NCBI GenBank assembly: GCA_963772725.1
Contig: CAVYYI010000001.1
Span: forward strand, 1,216,001-1,280,000
DNA: 64,000 nt
Source: an uncultured Phycisphaerales bacterium
GTDB lineage: Bacteria > Planctomycetota > Phycisphaerae > Sedimentisphaerales > Anaerobacaceae
Direction of reading: 5' to 3'
Each line of letters opens with the position of its first letter. The stretch's first letter is position 1. Below are positions 49,315-60,448 of this stretch, in pieces. The notes under the pieces are model-generated. The model was not told the origin of the DNA. It searched no databases and saw nothing but the letters and a program-made list of their open reading frames with translations. Position numbers and translations under genes: made by a program.

Positions 49315-50657
49315 GAGTTTACAGGGCAACATACAGGGACAGGGGCGGACAAGTAAAACAATCCGCTAAGTGGTATATTGATATTTTCGACCATAACAGG
49401 CTAAGACACAAGATACCTGCTTTTGAAGATAAGCGTCTTTCAGAGGCTTTGGGACGCAATATTGAAAGTGTTATCAATTGCAGAGTTTCAGGACTTGAAC
49501 CCGATGCAAAATTGAATCAGTGGATAGAGACCCTGCCTGATAGCTTACTGAGAAAGCTTGTCTCGTGGGGCATAATGGACGGACAGCGGGCAGAAATCAC
49601 AAAGCCTTTAACGGAACATATCAAAGATTATGTAAAAACTCTTGAGGCCAACGGATTTTCTAAGGATTATTCTGTCCGAACCAAAAACAGGCTTAACAAT
49701 ATTGTTACCGATTGCAGATTTTATTATTTCAGAGATATTACACAGTCAGCGGTTGAGATTTATATCGGCACACTGAAAAAGAAATTCAACAATACAACAG
49801 CAGGACATTATCTTGATGCTATTAAAACTTTTCTGAATTGGGCTGTACAAGACCAGCGAATTATCAATAATTCTCTGGCAAGGGTTAAGAAACTGGCAAG
49901 AAATTCGGCGAAGAAAGGCATATTAACCCCTGAGCAGTTTATTCATTTAATCAAAACCACTTTTGAGAAGAATATCATTATCGGCAATACCACAGGACAC
50001 GAGCGGGCTGTTCTTTACCTTTTGGCGGGAACGACAGGGCTTAGACGCAATGAACTGCTTTGCCTTGTGTGGGGTGATATTAACCTTGCCGATAATCCCT
50101 CTGTTCGTGTCAGGGCTTGCATCGCCAAAAATGGCAAAGAAGCCTTGCAGCCGATACCTCTGATGGTGATTAACCTTTTAACGGCACTGAAAGCCCATAC
50201 AAAGCCGAATGATAACGATAGGGTCTTTGTCACCTTCGGGACGTGGATTAACACAGCAGGGCTTATAAGGGACGATTTAGCCGTAGCCAAAATAGAGTTA
50301 AAAGACAGGGACGGAAACGAAATATGTTTTCACAGCTTGCGCAACAGCTATATTTCTTTCCTTGCGAATAGCGCGACCCCAGCTAAGGTTATACAGAAAC
50401 TCGCTCAACATTCAGACCCCCGATTGACGTTCAACACCTATGCAAGAGTCTTTGAGGATGCCGAACAAAAGGCGATAAATGTTCTGCCGAATTTCGGGAA
50501 TTTTGTCTTGGACACCTGCTTGGACAAAACGTGTACAAAACATGGGATACTTAGAGATACCTTGAGAAAGCAAAACAGCGAAAACACGATTGAAACCGCA
50601 TTTCCGCTGCAATACAAAATAGCCCCAAGGGGATTCGAACCCCTGTTGCCGGGTTGA
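49311..50657 (+). CDS. int: Tyrosine recombinase (integrase), integrated-state form
   Basis: [35 protein letters not shown]; ORF runs through att and ends antisense inside tRNA-Glu. Confidence 0.95.
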   Translation: [448 protein letters not shown]

Positions 50658-50694
50658 AAACCCGGTGTCCTAGGCCAGCCTAGACGATGGGGCC
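50620..50694 (-). tRNA. tRNA-Glu(TTC)
   Basis: GGCCCCATCGTCTAGGCTGGCCTAGGACACCGGGTTTTCAACCCGGCAACAGGGGTTCGAATCCCCTTGGGGCTA cloverleaf; anticodon TTC. Confidence 0.96.
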
Positions 50695-50701
50695 GGTGTA
50701 A

Positions 50702-50875
50702 TTATTCCATGCTGATTGCCTGAACCGGACAGGTATCGACGCAAACACCGCAATCAATACAGGCGTTTGGGTCAACCTTTGCCTTGCCTTCAACCATGCT
50801 TATAGCCTCGCTGGGGCATTCCGGTACGCAGCTTTCGCAGCCGGTACATTTTTCCGTATCTATTTTAGCAGACAT
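50702..50875 (-). CDS. 2x[4Fe-4S] ferredoxin (57 aa, absent from ORF track)
   Basis: MSAKIDTEKCTGCESCVPECPSEAISMVEGKAKVDPNACIDCGVCVDTCPVQAISME*; two CxxCxxCxxxCP motifs; AAGGA RBS. Confidence 0.95.
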   Translation of the reverse strand: MSAKIDTEKCTGCESCVPECPSEAISMVEGKAKVDPNACIDCGVCVDTCPVQAISME

Positions 50876-50999
50876 TTCAAAATCCTTTCTTATATTAACA
50901 ATTATTCAGAAAACACGGAATGTTACAAAATTATACAAATTTTACAACAAGATTCTTATGGAATTGAAACAAATTAATGCAAAACAGTCAATGATTTTC

Positions 51000-53453
51000 T
51001 TACTTAGGCTGGGAAATCGGTTTATTTGGCTCTTCAGAGGCGGTTTGCTTTGGCGGCTGCGGAGGCTGAGGTTTGACTGCGCCTAACGCGACAGCCATAT
51101 CTCTGACGAAAACGTTTGAATCATATTGGGCTGTCCAGTTCAGTACCTTCTGGAAGCTGGTATCAGGTTTTTGTGAGAGCAGATAAACGGCCATAAGGCG
51201 AACGGGCCAATGACTGTCGTTGAGGTTTTCTGCTACCGCACTTATCAAATCGTAATCCATCGGCAAATCGCAAAGAGCAGCGATAATCTGGGCTTTTGAA
51301 ATCCAGTCATCGCCTGTGAGATTCATTTTCAGCGAGGATTTTAATATTTTCGTCATCCGATCGGCGTACATGTATTTGTATTTCGGCTCACCTTTAGCCA
51401 TGATGTACTCTTCCTGTAACAGGCCAACGAAGAGTTTAGCTATCTCGAATTTCCTGCCGACGTTACCCCTTGCGAAAGAATCTACCCTGTTTTGAATAAA
51501 GGTGCCGCTGACTTCAACTGTGGAACGGTTTATTTCTAAAGTCCCGGCTTTTACATCAGTCAACCTGTTGACTATGTGTCCATTTGCATCAACAGCCGCA
51601 TCAATAAAAAGCGTGAATTTTATATTCAGATTTGCCTGTGGTGACTCGTTGAGCAGTTTTCGCAATTTTCCTTTAACCAATTGAACAGGTATAAGGAGAC
51701 TTTTGCCTGAGCCTATTGGCATAGCCGGCTGGACTTTCATTGATACGAGGTTTGGTATGTTCTCGCTTAAGTCTCCGCTGACCTCTGCGTCAATCCTGAT
51801 ATTGCCAATTAATAAACCGTCATCACAAATGACCATCTCGTCCGGAGATTTGTTTGTTATTATAATCGTGCTGTCAAACTCGCTGCCATAAGCGAATTTG
51901 GAACCAGCGATGTTTAAGAGTATGGAAAAAAGTTTTTCTGGTTGAGCGAAAACCGGAACAATCGTTTTGCCAAAGACGTTCTCCATGTTACTTAAAATCG
52001 GGTCAGCGGGAATAGGAGCTATATACTCACCGCCATTTTGTGCCAGAATTTTTTTTGCTTCTTCAACTTCGAGCGTTCCCGACGCTTTATCGATTGCCGA
52101 TTTCAGCGTCTCTACAGCCTTATCCTTTGAACCCTGGGCTAATAATATTTTGGCTTTCGCCAATTCCATAATCTGGTTACTCTCATAGTTTTCGGTCAAA
52201 GCTTTGGCAATATCCACCTGTCCATCGATGACAAGGGCATAAGCAAGCAGCGCAGCCGCCGCGGGTGAGTTAGGCTCAGCGGCGTATGCGGCGTTTGCAC
52301 AAACGACCGCCTGACCTGCATCGGGCATCGCGAAACAGAAGAACCAAGCAGCTTTTTGGGCGTCGATTATCCCCTGGGCAGTGGAAACATTCATGTTGCT
52401 GATTATCTGCTCGGCTTTTAATTTTGCGCTTTGTAAAATCTCATTGGCTTCCTGTGCCGCTCCGGTTTTCATTGCGGCATGTCCTGCGATTGCTTCAAGA
52501 ACCAGGGCGTATTGTCCGCGGCTGCGCACCTTTTTTGCAATCTGCAGACATTTATACTGGCTGCGTTTTGTATTGTAACTTGTTATACTCCATGGAAGAT
52601 ATATCGAAGCCGGCAGCGGCATGTCAGGCTGAAGATAACCGAATAAATCGGCACAATATTCATAAGCCTGAGCCGACATATCATAAAGCTGGAGGAGTTC
52701 CGCTTCTTTTGCAAACGCCATCGCAGCATCGAGATTGAGAGGATTTTTCGCAAGCATCCGCCTGAAATGTTCCAGCCTCATTGCAGGTGATATTTGTGTC
52801 GGGAAGAGTTCGGAAAGCTTCACAAAAGCAAGTTCATTATACTTATTACTGTTGTACGCTCGCATCATATAAGACACCGCGCTTTGAAAATCGGTTTTTT
52901 CAATCATTAAAATACCAAGCAGAGTTGCAAGTTGAGAACCTACAGTTTGATTTTTGCTGCCGATAGTTTGTAACAATTCGGTAAGAAGCTGCTCTCGCTG
53001 CTCGCGTGAATTCAACTGGTCAAGCAGATAGTTAACAGCCTGATTAACTATTTCCATATCCGCGGAATCATTTACATATTCAGCAAGCAGTTGCCTGACT
53101 AACTGCGAACGATTCTGCCCTGAATCGCGGCAGGCGAGTTTAATCATTTCAGGCAGAACGTAAACTGCCCTGCCATCGAGCGACAGTGCCGCCTTGAGAA
53201 AAATGAGAGCCTGTTCGTTTTGAGGTCCGGTAATATTACCGGGATAGGATAATTCACAGGCAATGTCATAATATGTCTTGGCAACCGATGGGGAGAGCAA
53301 TTCTTCCGAGTTCGAAGCAGCCTTTGCCGCTGGTGGAAAAAACAAAAGGATAGCTGTGCACGTTATAAGTGCATAATATAAAATCACTTGCGCACTCTTA
53401 CATGCGGGCGCAATGATTCTATCACATCCGGGTGCACTTATGTTTTTGCGCAT
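51000..53453 (-). CDS. Exported TPR/HEAT-repeat protein
   Basis: Signal peptide, Ala-rich helical repeats, C-terminal DSHWPVRLMA..VRDMA HEAT-like repeats. Confidence 0.75.
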   Translation of the reverse strand: MRKNISAPGCDRIIAPACKSAQVILYYALITCTAILLFFPPAAKAASNSEELLSPSVAKTYYDIACELSYPGNITGPQNEQALIFLKAALSLDGRAVYVLPEMIKLACRDSGQNRSQLVRQLLAEYVNDSADMEIVNQAVNYLLDQLNSREQREQLLTELLQTIGSKNQTVGSQLATLLGILMIEKTDFQSAVSYMMRAYNSNKYNELAFVKLSELFPTQISPAMRLEHFRRMLAKNPLNLDAAMAFAKEAELLQLYDMSAQAYEYCADLFGYLQPDMPLPASIYLPWSITSYNTKRSQYKCLQIAKKVRSRGQYALVLEAIAGHAAMKTGAAQEANEILQSAKLKAEQIISNMNVSTAQGIIDAQKAAWFFCFAMPDAGQAVVCANAAYAAEPNSPAAAALLAYALVIDGQVDIAKALTENYESNQIMELAKAKILLAQGSKDKAVETLKSAIDKASGTLEVEEAKKILAQNGGEYIAPIPADPILSNMENVFGKTIVPVFAQPEKLFSILLNIAGSKFAYGSEFDSTIIITNKSPDEMVICDDGLLIGNIRIDAEVSGDLSENIPNLVSMKVQPAMPIGSGKSLLIPVQLVKGKLRKLLNESPQANLNIKFTLFIDAAVDANGHIVNRLTDVKAGTLEINRSTVEVSGTFIQNRVDSFARGNVGRKFEIAKLFVGLLQEEYIMAKGEPKYKYMYADRMTKILKSSLKMNLTGDDWISKAQIIAALCDLPMDYDLISAVAENLNDSHWPVRLMAVYLLSQKPDTSFQKVLNWTAQYDSNVFVRDMAVALGAVKPQPPQPPKQTASEEPNKPISQPK

Positions 53454-53589
53454 TTATTTCTCCAATAATTTTCCGAACAACAATCCTTACAACTTTATTT
53501 CGGGTAATTTCAATGTCCGCTTAACCTGCTGAGGTGAAAAAAGAGAGGCTTAACTTCTGTGTTTTGCGATAGTTAAATATTCCGGCACA

Positions 53590-54378
53590 TCAGCGTCGGA
53601 TTATCTCAGGCTCGGCAAAATCTTTGGGAATTTCAAACTCAAAAATCTTATCGTTTAGCTTTTCATTGACCTTCGTTTTAAGCAGCCGTATTTCATATAT
53701 GTCGTTATCTGGTGAGACAGCGACTATTTTTATCGGCAAATTCTGTTTTTTATCTATCCAGAAATCAATAGCAGAATAATTGTCCTTATAAATTGATTGC
53801 GGTTTTGTGTACAAATGCAGTTGAACACAGCCTTCCATTTTAGTTTTCGCTTCGTCTATCAGCGTTATTTCAAACTGATTTTTTAACTCTTTGGTTTTGG
53901 TAAAACCTATAAGCGGAAAATTACGGCTGACCATCTCAAAAACATCCACAGGCTTATTAGGTTCGTTCGCGTCGCTCTGCTGATACAGTTTAACCTCTTT
54001 TGTCCCGTAGTCTATTTGTGTAAGCCAGAGGCCGTCAAAGATGTATTGCTCCATTTCTTTTCGTTCTTTTTCCTGGTCCTGTTTTATGGTCTGAAAATTT
54101 ACTCTAAGCCTGGTATTCTTGCCGGTTTTTTGATAATACAGAATTCCCTTTCGAAGTATTTTCGAGTCAAGCAAGGGCTGGCTGAACAGATATTCGATGT
54201 CCGCCTGATATGACCGCAGCGTCTGAGTTCTATCGTTAAGCTGACCTAAGATTTTTTCGACCTCTTCTGTGTCCTGCTTTTCCTGCTCCTGTGCTGCGGA
54301 AGTAACCGAGCAGCCTTGTCCATAAGACAAAACTGAAAAGAGAAAAAGAATAATCAGTGTTTTCGAGATTGTCTTCAT
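53590..54378 (-). CDS. LolA-like outer-membrane lipoprotein carrier fold protein
   Basis: Signal peptide, SYQADIEY..KGILYYQK, IFDGLWL, FWIDKK..PIKI, IFEFEIP. Confidence 0.75.
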   Translation of the reverse strand: MKTISKTLIILFLFSVLSYGQGCSVTSAAQEQEKQDTEEVEKILGQLNDRTQTLRSYQADIEYLFSQPLLDSKILRKGILYYQKTGKNTRLRVNFQTIKQDQEKERKEMEQYIFDGLWLTQIDYGTKEVKLYQQSDANEPNKPVDVFEMVSRNFPLIGFTKTKELKNQFEITLIDEAKTKMEGCVQLHLYTKPQSIYKDNYSAIDFWIDKKQNLPIKIVAVSPDNDIYEIRLLKTKVNEKLNDKIFEFEIPKDFAEPEIIRR

Positions 54379-54400
54379 AAAATATCATTCCCATTTCTTT

Positions 54401-54465
54401 TGTCATTTCCGCGAAAGCGGGAATCCACTTTTCTAAAATGGATACCTGCTTTCGCAGGTATGACA
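54401..54465. repeat. Paired REP-like palindrome (GTCATTyCCGCGAAAGCGGGAATCCA type)
   Basis: TGTCATTTCCGCGAAAGCGGGAATCCA..TGGATACCTGCTTTCGCAGGTATGACA inverted pair. Confidence 0.85.
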
Positions 54466-54492
54466 AGGCGTAACATGTCAGTTTGGTTAAAA

Positions 54493-55367
54493 TTAAAAAA
54501 CAATTGCGGCGTAACCGACACTGTCCGAGCTTTTTCTATGCAGTTTTTTTATCATTACCTCATTACTGTTCGTATGGGCAAGCAAAAGACCTTTGGTTTT
54601 ATTGAGTTCCCTGACCGCTGAAACGATTGCGCTGCCGCGCCGGAACCGCAGGCGTTAAGATTTTCCGCTGCGCTAACGAGCATCTGCTCGGCGTCGAGTT
54701 TAATCACAAGGTCAATAAACTGTTGGTCGTTCACCTCCGTGGCCCATTTAACAGCTTCGGGGCCGATTCCCATAACTTCAAAACCATATTGGGGCCCGTA
54801 ATGAGTCAAATCTGTTGAGCCGATACAGATAATCTTTTTCTGTTTTTCGCCGCGTATTATCCTTCCGACGCTTTTTCCCAACGCCAGAGACAGGTTGTTT
54901 GGCGGCACAACAATAGGCAGTATTTTGGCCCCGGGGAAAAGGTGCTGAATGAATGGAACCTGCACCTCGATGCTGTGCTCGTGATGGTGGGCTTCCTCGT
55001 TTGGTATGGCGTCCTCGGTTTTTAACACCACATCGGCAAGGTCTTCATCAATGGCAATATCACCGAGAGGCGTGTTCCAGAGCCCCCTGCTGTAAACTGC
55101 CGGCGTTTTGCCGAAATAACTGTGAGCAGCCCCGAATATAACAAAACAGTGAACCTTTTCATGACGATGCCTGATTGCTGAAAAGGCAGCGGCGGCGACT
55201 TTACCACTAAAAAGCCAGCCGGCGTGAGGAACGATTGCGCCTGCTATCGTATCCGGCAGCAATTCGCTGACACCGACTTCTTCGAGGTATTCATTTATCT
55301 CATCAATACAATCATTATGCTGAGCAGGGTAAAACTGACCCGCGACAACTGGTTTTCTCGTTTGCAT
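54493..55367 (-). CDS. amrB: AmmeMemoRadiSam system protein B (MEMO1 family), frameshift near the C-terminus
   Basis: RKPVVAGQFYP, VPHAGW, EHSIEVQVPF, STDLTHYG, NACG; alternative frame ends SVGYAAIVF* at 54493. Confidence 0.9.
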
Positions 55368-55467
55368 TTTTCCCCACCTGTCCCTTGTTTTAACTTCAAT
55401 TTCCTGTTATTATATAAAACTCTGTTAAAGGATAAATATATTGTAACTCAATTGTGGGAAAAATCAA

Positions 55468-55971
55468 ATGGTATCTGAAAAGAAAAGTCCGGTAGCGGTG
55501 GTAATGGGTTCCGACAGCGATTTGACGATTATGCAGAGCTGTATCGAACAATTGGGCGATTTCGGAATTAAGCCCATAGTTCGGATAATTTCAGCACATA
55601 GAACACCCCAGATAGCTGCCGAATTCGCCGATAATGCCGCATCCAGCGGGATAAAAGTAATAATCGCCGCCGCCGGAATGGCCGCCCACCTTGCGGGTTC
55701 AATAGCAGGCAGAACCACCCTTCCCGTAATCGGTGTGCCGATGGCCGCCAAGGAAGGTATGGCTGGACTCGACGCCCTGCTCAGCACCGTCCAGATGCCA
55801 CCGGGAGTACCGGTTGCGACAGTCGCTATTGGAAAAGCGGGCGCAAAAAATGCCGCCGTACTTGCCGTTCAGATATTGGCTTTGGCCGATGAAAATCTTG
55901 CCGCAAAGTTAGTAGCTTTCAAGAAAAACCAGGAAAAACAGGTAATCGAAAAAGACTCTGCCCTGCAATAA
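55468..55971 (+). CDS. purE: N5-CAIR mutase
   Basis: MGSDSD, SAHRTP, AGMAAHL, PVIGVP, VQMPPGVPVATV. Confidence 0.96.
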   Translation: MVSEKKSPVAVVMGSDSDLTIMQSCIEQLGDFGIKPIVRIISAHRTPQIAAEFADNAASSGIKVIIAAAGMAAHLAGSIAGRTTLPVIGVPMAAKEGMAGLDALLSTVQMPPGVPVATVAIGKAGAKNAAVLAVQILALADENLAAKLVAFKKNQEKQVIEKDSALQ

Positions 55972-55973
55972 CA

Positions 55974-57044
55974 ATGAATATCGCAGTTGAAACAATTTTA
56001 ATACGCTGTCCGAACTGGGTTGGCGATATAGTTATGGCCGCTCCAGTCTTCGATTGTATCAGGGAAAATTTTCCGCATGCCCGGATAACCGGTATTCTCA
56101 GCAAAAATGCCCAGGGCATAGTAAGAGACGGCCCCTGGTTTGATGATTTTATTGATTGTGAAGATAAAACACTTGCCGGAATGCGGCGAATGGTAAAAAA
56201 AATCCGAGCATTAAAGCCAGATATGGCGATTTTGCTGACTAATTCGATTCGATCCATTTTGCCTGTATGGCTGGGAAGGAGCGAAACATATATACGGTTA
56301 TCGCAGAAGTTTACGGGGGATGCTCCTTGAGCGGCGGGCCTAAGCCGCTTCGCCGCGGTTTTAAAATAACTCCTGTTCCTATGCAGGAATATTATTTAGA
56401 GATATGCCGATGGCTTGATTTGAAACTGCCGGCGGTAATAAAGCCGCGACTTTTTATCGGCGATGACTTACAAAAACACGGAGACGAAATTTTGCGAAAA
56501 TACGGTATTGAGCCGCATGATAAAATCATCGGCTCTCAATCCCGGCGCGAGTTTTGGTTCGTCAAAATGCTGGCCTGCTGAACATTTCGCCAAAACCGCT
56601 GAATTATTTACGCAAAAAAAAGGGGTTAAGATTTTACTATTGACCGGCCCCGGGGAAGATAAAATCGCAAAGGAGATTTTAGCGAAAACAAAAGCATCAA
56701 TCATCGATACCGCCTCTGACCACATCGACCTTGAAATGTTAAAACCATTGGTCAAACGATGCAATCTTCTGATTACCAACGATACCGGCCCGCGGCATTA
56801 CGCGGTAGCTTTTGACGTTCCGGTGGTGGTGATAATGGGACCGACAGACCCGCGATACACTTCAGTAAATCTGGATAAGAGTATTGTGATTCGAGCGGAT
56901 GCGGACTGTTCGCCCTGTCATAAAAAGATTTGCCCCACCGACCACCGCTGCATGAGGCAGATTACTCCCCAGATGGTTTTTGAGGCAGGGGAAAATTTAT
57001 TGAATGAACAGGAGCAATATGAAACCATCTCACTATCGAAATAA
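55974..57044 (+). CDS. waaF: LPS heptosyltransferase II-like GT9 (two frameshifts)
   Basis: PNWVGDIVMA, LNPGASFGSSKCWP, ITNDTGPRHYA, CSPCHKKICP. Confidence 0.85.
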
Positions 57045-58592
57045 GTGGATTGCCCTGTCAAAAACCGCTGTTGACAAGAATGCGTTATCTCAATTGGCAA
57101 AGCAAACGCCAATTCTTTTATGGACCATTATTATCGAGACGGCCATTATGATAAAGACTATATCGATTTGATTGTGTGAGATGGCGACTTTTTTCCCGGA
57201 TAAGGAATTAAGCAGCGTTGTTTCGTCAGCTTTTTTCAGCGTTATTATCGAAGAATTATGCGATGATTATGAAGACTTTCAGTTTGAGGCTTACAATCGG
57301 GTAATGTCGCAGGTGATTTCGTATTGCCGCAAAGTCCCTGCAGGAAAAATACTTGACCAGTATCTCAATAGATTTAATCTTTCCTCCGCGGAAGATATTT
57401 TCAAACGTGCCGGCCGTATTCATACCCAAGACTATCATTTCGATGCTGAAGCAAAAGCCGTAAAACGAATATTTCTGTTGTCGCGCATAACTATCGGCGC
57501 AGATGTTGCTATTGTCAGCGTGATGATACAGCGTTTATCGCGATGTTTCCGAATGCCGAAATCATTATACTCGGCAGTCTTAAACTTAAAGAAATATTCG
57601 GCGGAAATCCTCGCCTCCAGGATAAAAGAGGTTGCTTATTCTCGCGGCGGCGGCCTGCTTGAGCGACTCGAGTCCTGGTGCAGCATTATGGATATCTTTG
57701 AAGAAGAACCAGCAGCAAATGGTGCTGAATCGGTTTTGTTAATCGACCCGGATTCCCGCATCACACAATTGGGCATTCTCCCGGTAATTGAGCGAAAAGA
57801 ACTATCTGTACTTCAACAGCCATAAGGATTTGTCTTGTCCGCCAAAAACGCCTGCATGGCTGAACATCGCCAACGCGTGGATGGATAAGGTATTCGGCAG
57901 GTCAAATTTTTGCTACCCACATGGTTTGGCTTGAAACGAAACTGCTGAACCAGACTAAGAAAATAACAAATTCACTGCTGCAAAGCGGCAGTAAAAAAAT
58001 TACCGCTGTTAATTTCGGCGTGGGAGGAAATCCTCGGAAACGACTCGGCCTTACTTTTGAGAAAAAACTGATATGCGAACTTCTGAAACATCCCAACAGT
58101 GTTGTTATTCTCGATAAAGGTTTCGGGGCGGAGGAATTGATGAATTCACAGGAAATCATCAAGGAAGCAACAAACAAAGGGTATGCCGTCCAGCATGTCG
58201 AATTAAACCGGGGCATAACTGATAATTTTTCACACGGCCTTTTGACTGTTGAAGGCAATATCGGAGAAATCGCGGCGATGATAGGCGGCAGCGATGAGTT
58301 TATCGGGTATGATTCCGCCTGTCAGCATATTGCGGCGGCGATCGGCGTGTCCCTGCCATAACATTATTTACCGGTTCAAATAATCCGCGATTTATCCGGA
58401 GATGGAGCGCCTGCGGAAATACTTCATGCAAGGTCGTTCACGTCGACACATTTGGCCATCCTGATGATATTAACTTGATGAGATTATAAACCGTATGATG
58501 GAGGAACGTCAGTCAAACCGAAAGCCGATTCCGAAAAAATATAGCGTAAAAATTCTCGCAGAGATGTAAAGATAGTTAAAGACGAATTTTAA
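57019..58592 (+). CDS. GT9-like glycosyltransferase, heavily frameshifted, end approximate
   Basis: AGGAG RBS and ATG 57019; LSRITIGADV and FIGYDSACQHIAAA motifs in fragments. Confidence 0.65.
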
Positions 58593-58610
58593 CCAGAAAC
58601 TGCACATAAT

Positions 58611-60131
58611 ATGAAAATATTTTTTATATATCCTAATTCAGGTTCGCAGATTGGTTTTAATTACGGCGTATCCCATATCGCCGCGGTTCTGGCAAAAGCC
58701 GGACATAAAGTCGTTTTCTGGCAGCTTTGCGAAGAATGGCTCCCCTGCCTTCCAAAGAGGTATTTATAAGCAGAATAAAAAAAGAATCGCCTGACCTGCT
58801 TGCCTTTTCCGTTGTTACAAATCAGTGGGCTTATACTGAAAAACTTGCCGCGTGGGCAAAAGAATCACTATCTATTCCGATCGTTTGCGGCGGTGTGCAT
58901 GCATTGGTCAGCGGCCAGGAAATTTTAGAGACCGGCCTGTTCGATTACATTTTCCGCGGTGAAAGCGAAAATGCCTTTCTTGAATTCGTTGAAAGACTTA
59001 GCCGCGGCGAATCTGTGGATGATGTCAGCAATCTCGGCTTTGCCAAAAATGGAAAGATAAAAATCAATCCCGTCGGCCCACTGCCTGATTTGGAGCGTCT
59101 GCCGTTTCAAAGATTACGCGATAATGGACTTTCAGAAACTGATTGATGCCAAAAAGGGATGGGTGGGGCTGATGGCGTCAAGGGGATGTCCGTTTTCCTG
59201 CACCTATTGTTTCAATCATAAGATGGTTGCGTCATACAGGCATGACCTTAAATGCACATTTAAAGAGCTTAACTATATAAGGCGTTTTCGGGTCGACCAG
59301 ATAATCGACGAGATAAAATTTCTGCTGAAGAATTATCAGCCGCATCAATACATTCATTTTCGATGATGACATATTTACCTTTGACAAGGCGTATATAAAA
59401 GAATTTTGCCAAGACTATAAAGAGATGTGCGATATTCCCTTTGTGGTCAATGCTCATTTTAAATTTTTCGATGAAGAGCTCGCCGCTGATTTGAAATCCG
59501 CCAACTGCAAAGTGGTAAAATTCGGAGTGGAGTCCGGAAGCGAGAAAATTCGCAAGTCTATCTTAAATCGCCACATGACAAATGACGATATTATTCGGGC
59601 TATACGGATTGTTAATGAGGCCGGCATGCACAGTTCCGTCTTTGTCATTATAGGCTTTCCTCATGAAAACAGAGAAGATGTATTCGAGACTATCCGTCTG
59701 CTGGGTCAGGCCATGCCCGGGCGGTTCCGCTGGACTTTCTTTTTCCCGTACCCGGGAACAAAAGCCCATGAAATCAGCCTCGAAAGGCGGATTTATTGAT
59801 GCCGAAAAAATGAATTCTCTTAAGAATTTTACGGATGAGTCCTGCCTGGAATTCGGGGCGCAGCACAACTTCCTCTTAAAAAAAATCGGGCGTATTATGC
59901 CCTGGTTTGTTAATGCTTATTCCAACCTGCCGGTCGCTGATTTTTATCGTCAAAAAATAGATGAGATTTTGAAAATGGACGAAGACCAATGGAACCGGAT
60001 TTCTCCCACGCTTATAGAAGAGGATAAAAAACTTTCGCAAAGAATTTTCAGAGAATGGTTTGTCGCATTACGCAATAAAATACAATCCATTTATGGGTGT
60101 TATTTCCGATTATTTTTTAAATGAGAAATAG
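58611..60131 (+). CDS. B12-binding radical SAM protein (several frameshifts)
   Basis: MKIFFIYP.., VCGGVHA, ASRGCPFSCTYC, FGVESGSE, IIGFPHE, PYPGT. Confidence 0.88.
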
Positions 60132-60154
60132 TCAATTACTCATTTCTTAACGGT

Positions 60155-60448
60155 TTAAATGTCGTAATTTTTTTCGGAGTGAATACGGACATTTTCCCTG
60201 TAGTTATCCGGCGCCTTATCCTGTTCCAGTTTTTCCATTTTACGCTGCATCCAGAACATTTTGATTGCTGTGCCGATACAGCCGATACCTACTATGCAGA
60301 ATAATATCGAAAAGAGCATCGCGAAAAGCTCCCGCAGCACCCAGACGAGAAATCCAAAACCTATCAACAGCATCCCGATAATAAAAATTACCGCCGCAAA
60401 ATTCCTTGACGCTCTCGAGAGCGCATTATTATAAAAGCGGAATATCAT
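60155..60448 (-). CDS. Small membrane protein (two TMs)
   Basis: MIFRFYNN..two hydrophobic helices; AGGA RBS. Confidence 0.7.
   Translation of the reverse strand: MIFRFYNNALSRASRNFAAVIFIIGMLLIGFGFLVWVLRELFAMLFSILFCIVGIGCIGTAIKMFWMQRKMEKLEQDKAPDNYRENVRIHSEKNYDI

Larger units (their letters stand above)
43939..50644. mobile_element. ~6.7 kb integrative element (phage-satellite/PICI-like) in the 3' end of tRNA-Glu
   Basis: 28-bp direct repeat AAATAGCCCCAAGGGGATTCGAACCCCT at 43939-966 and 50617-644; tyrosine integrase, HTH regulators, rep-like gene with iterons. Confidence 0.92.
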
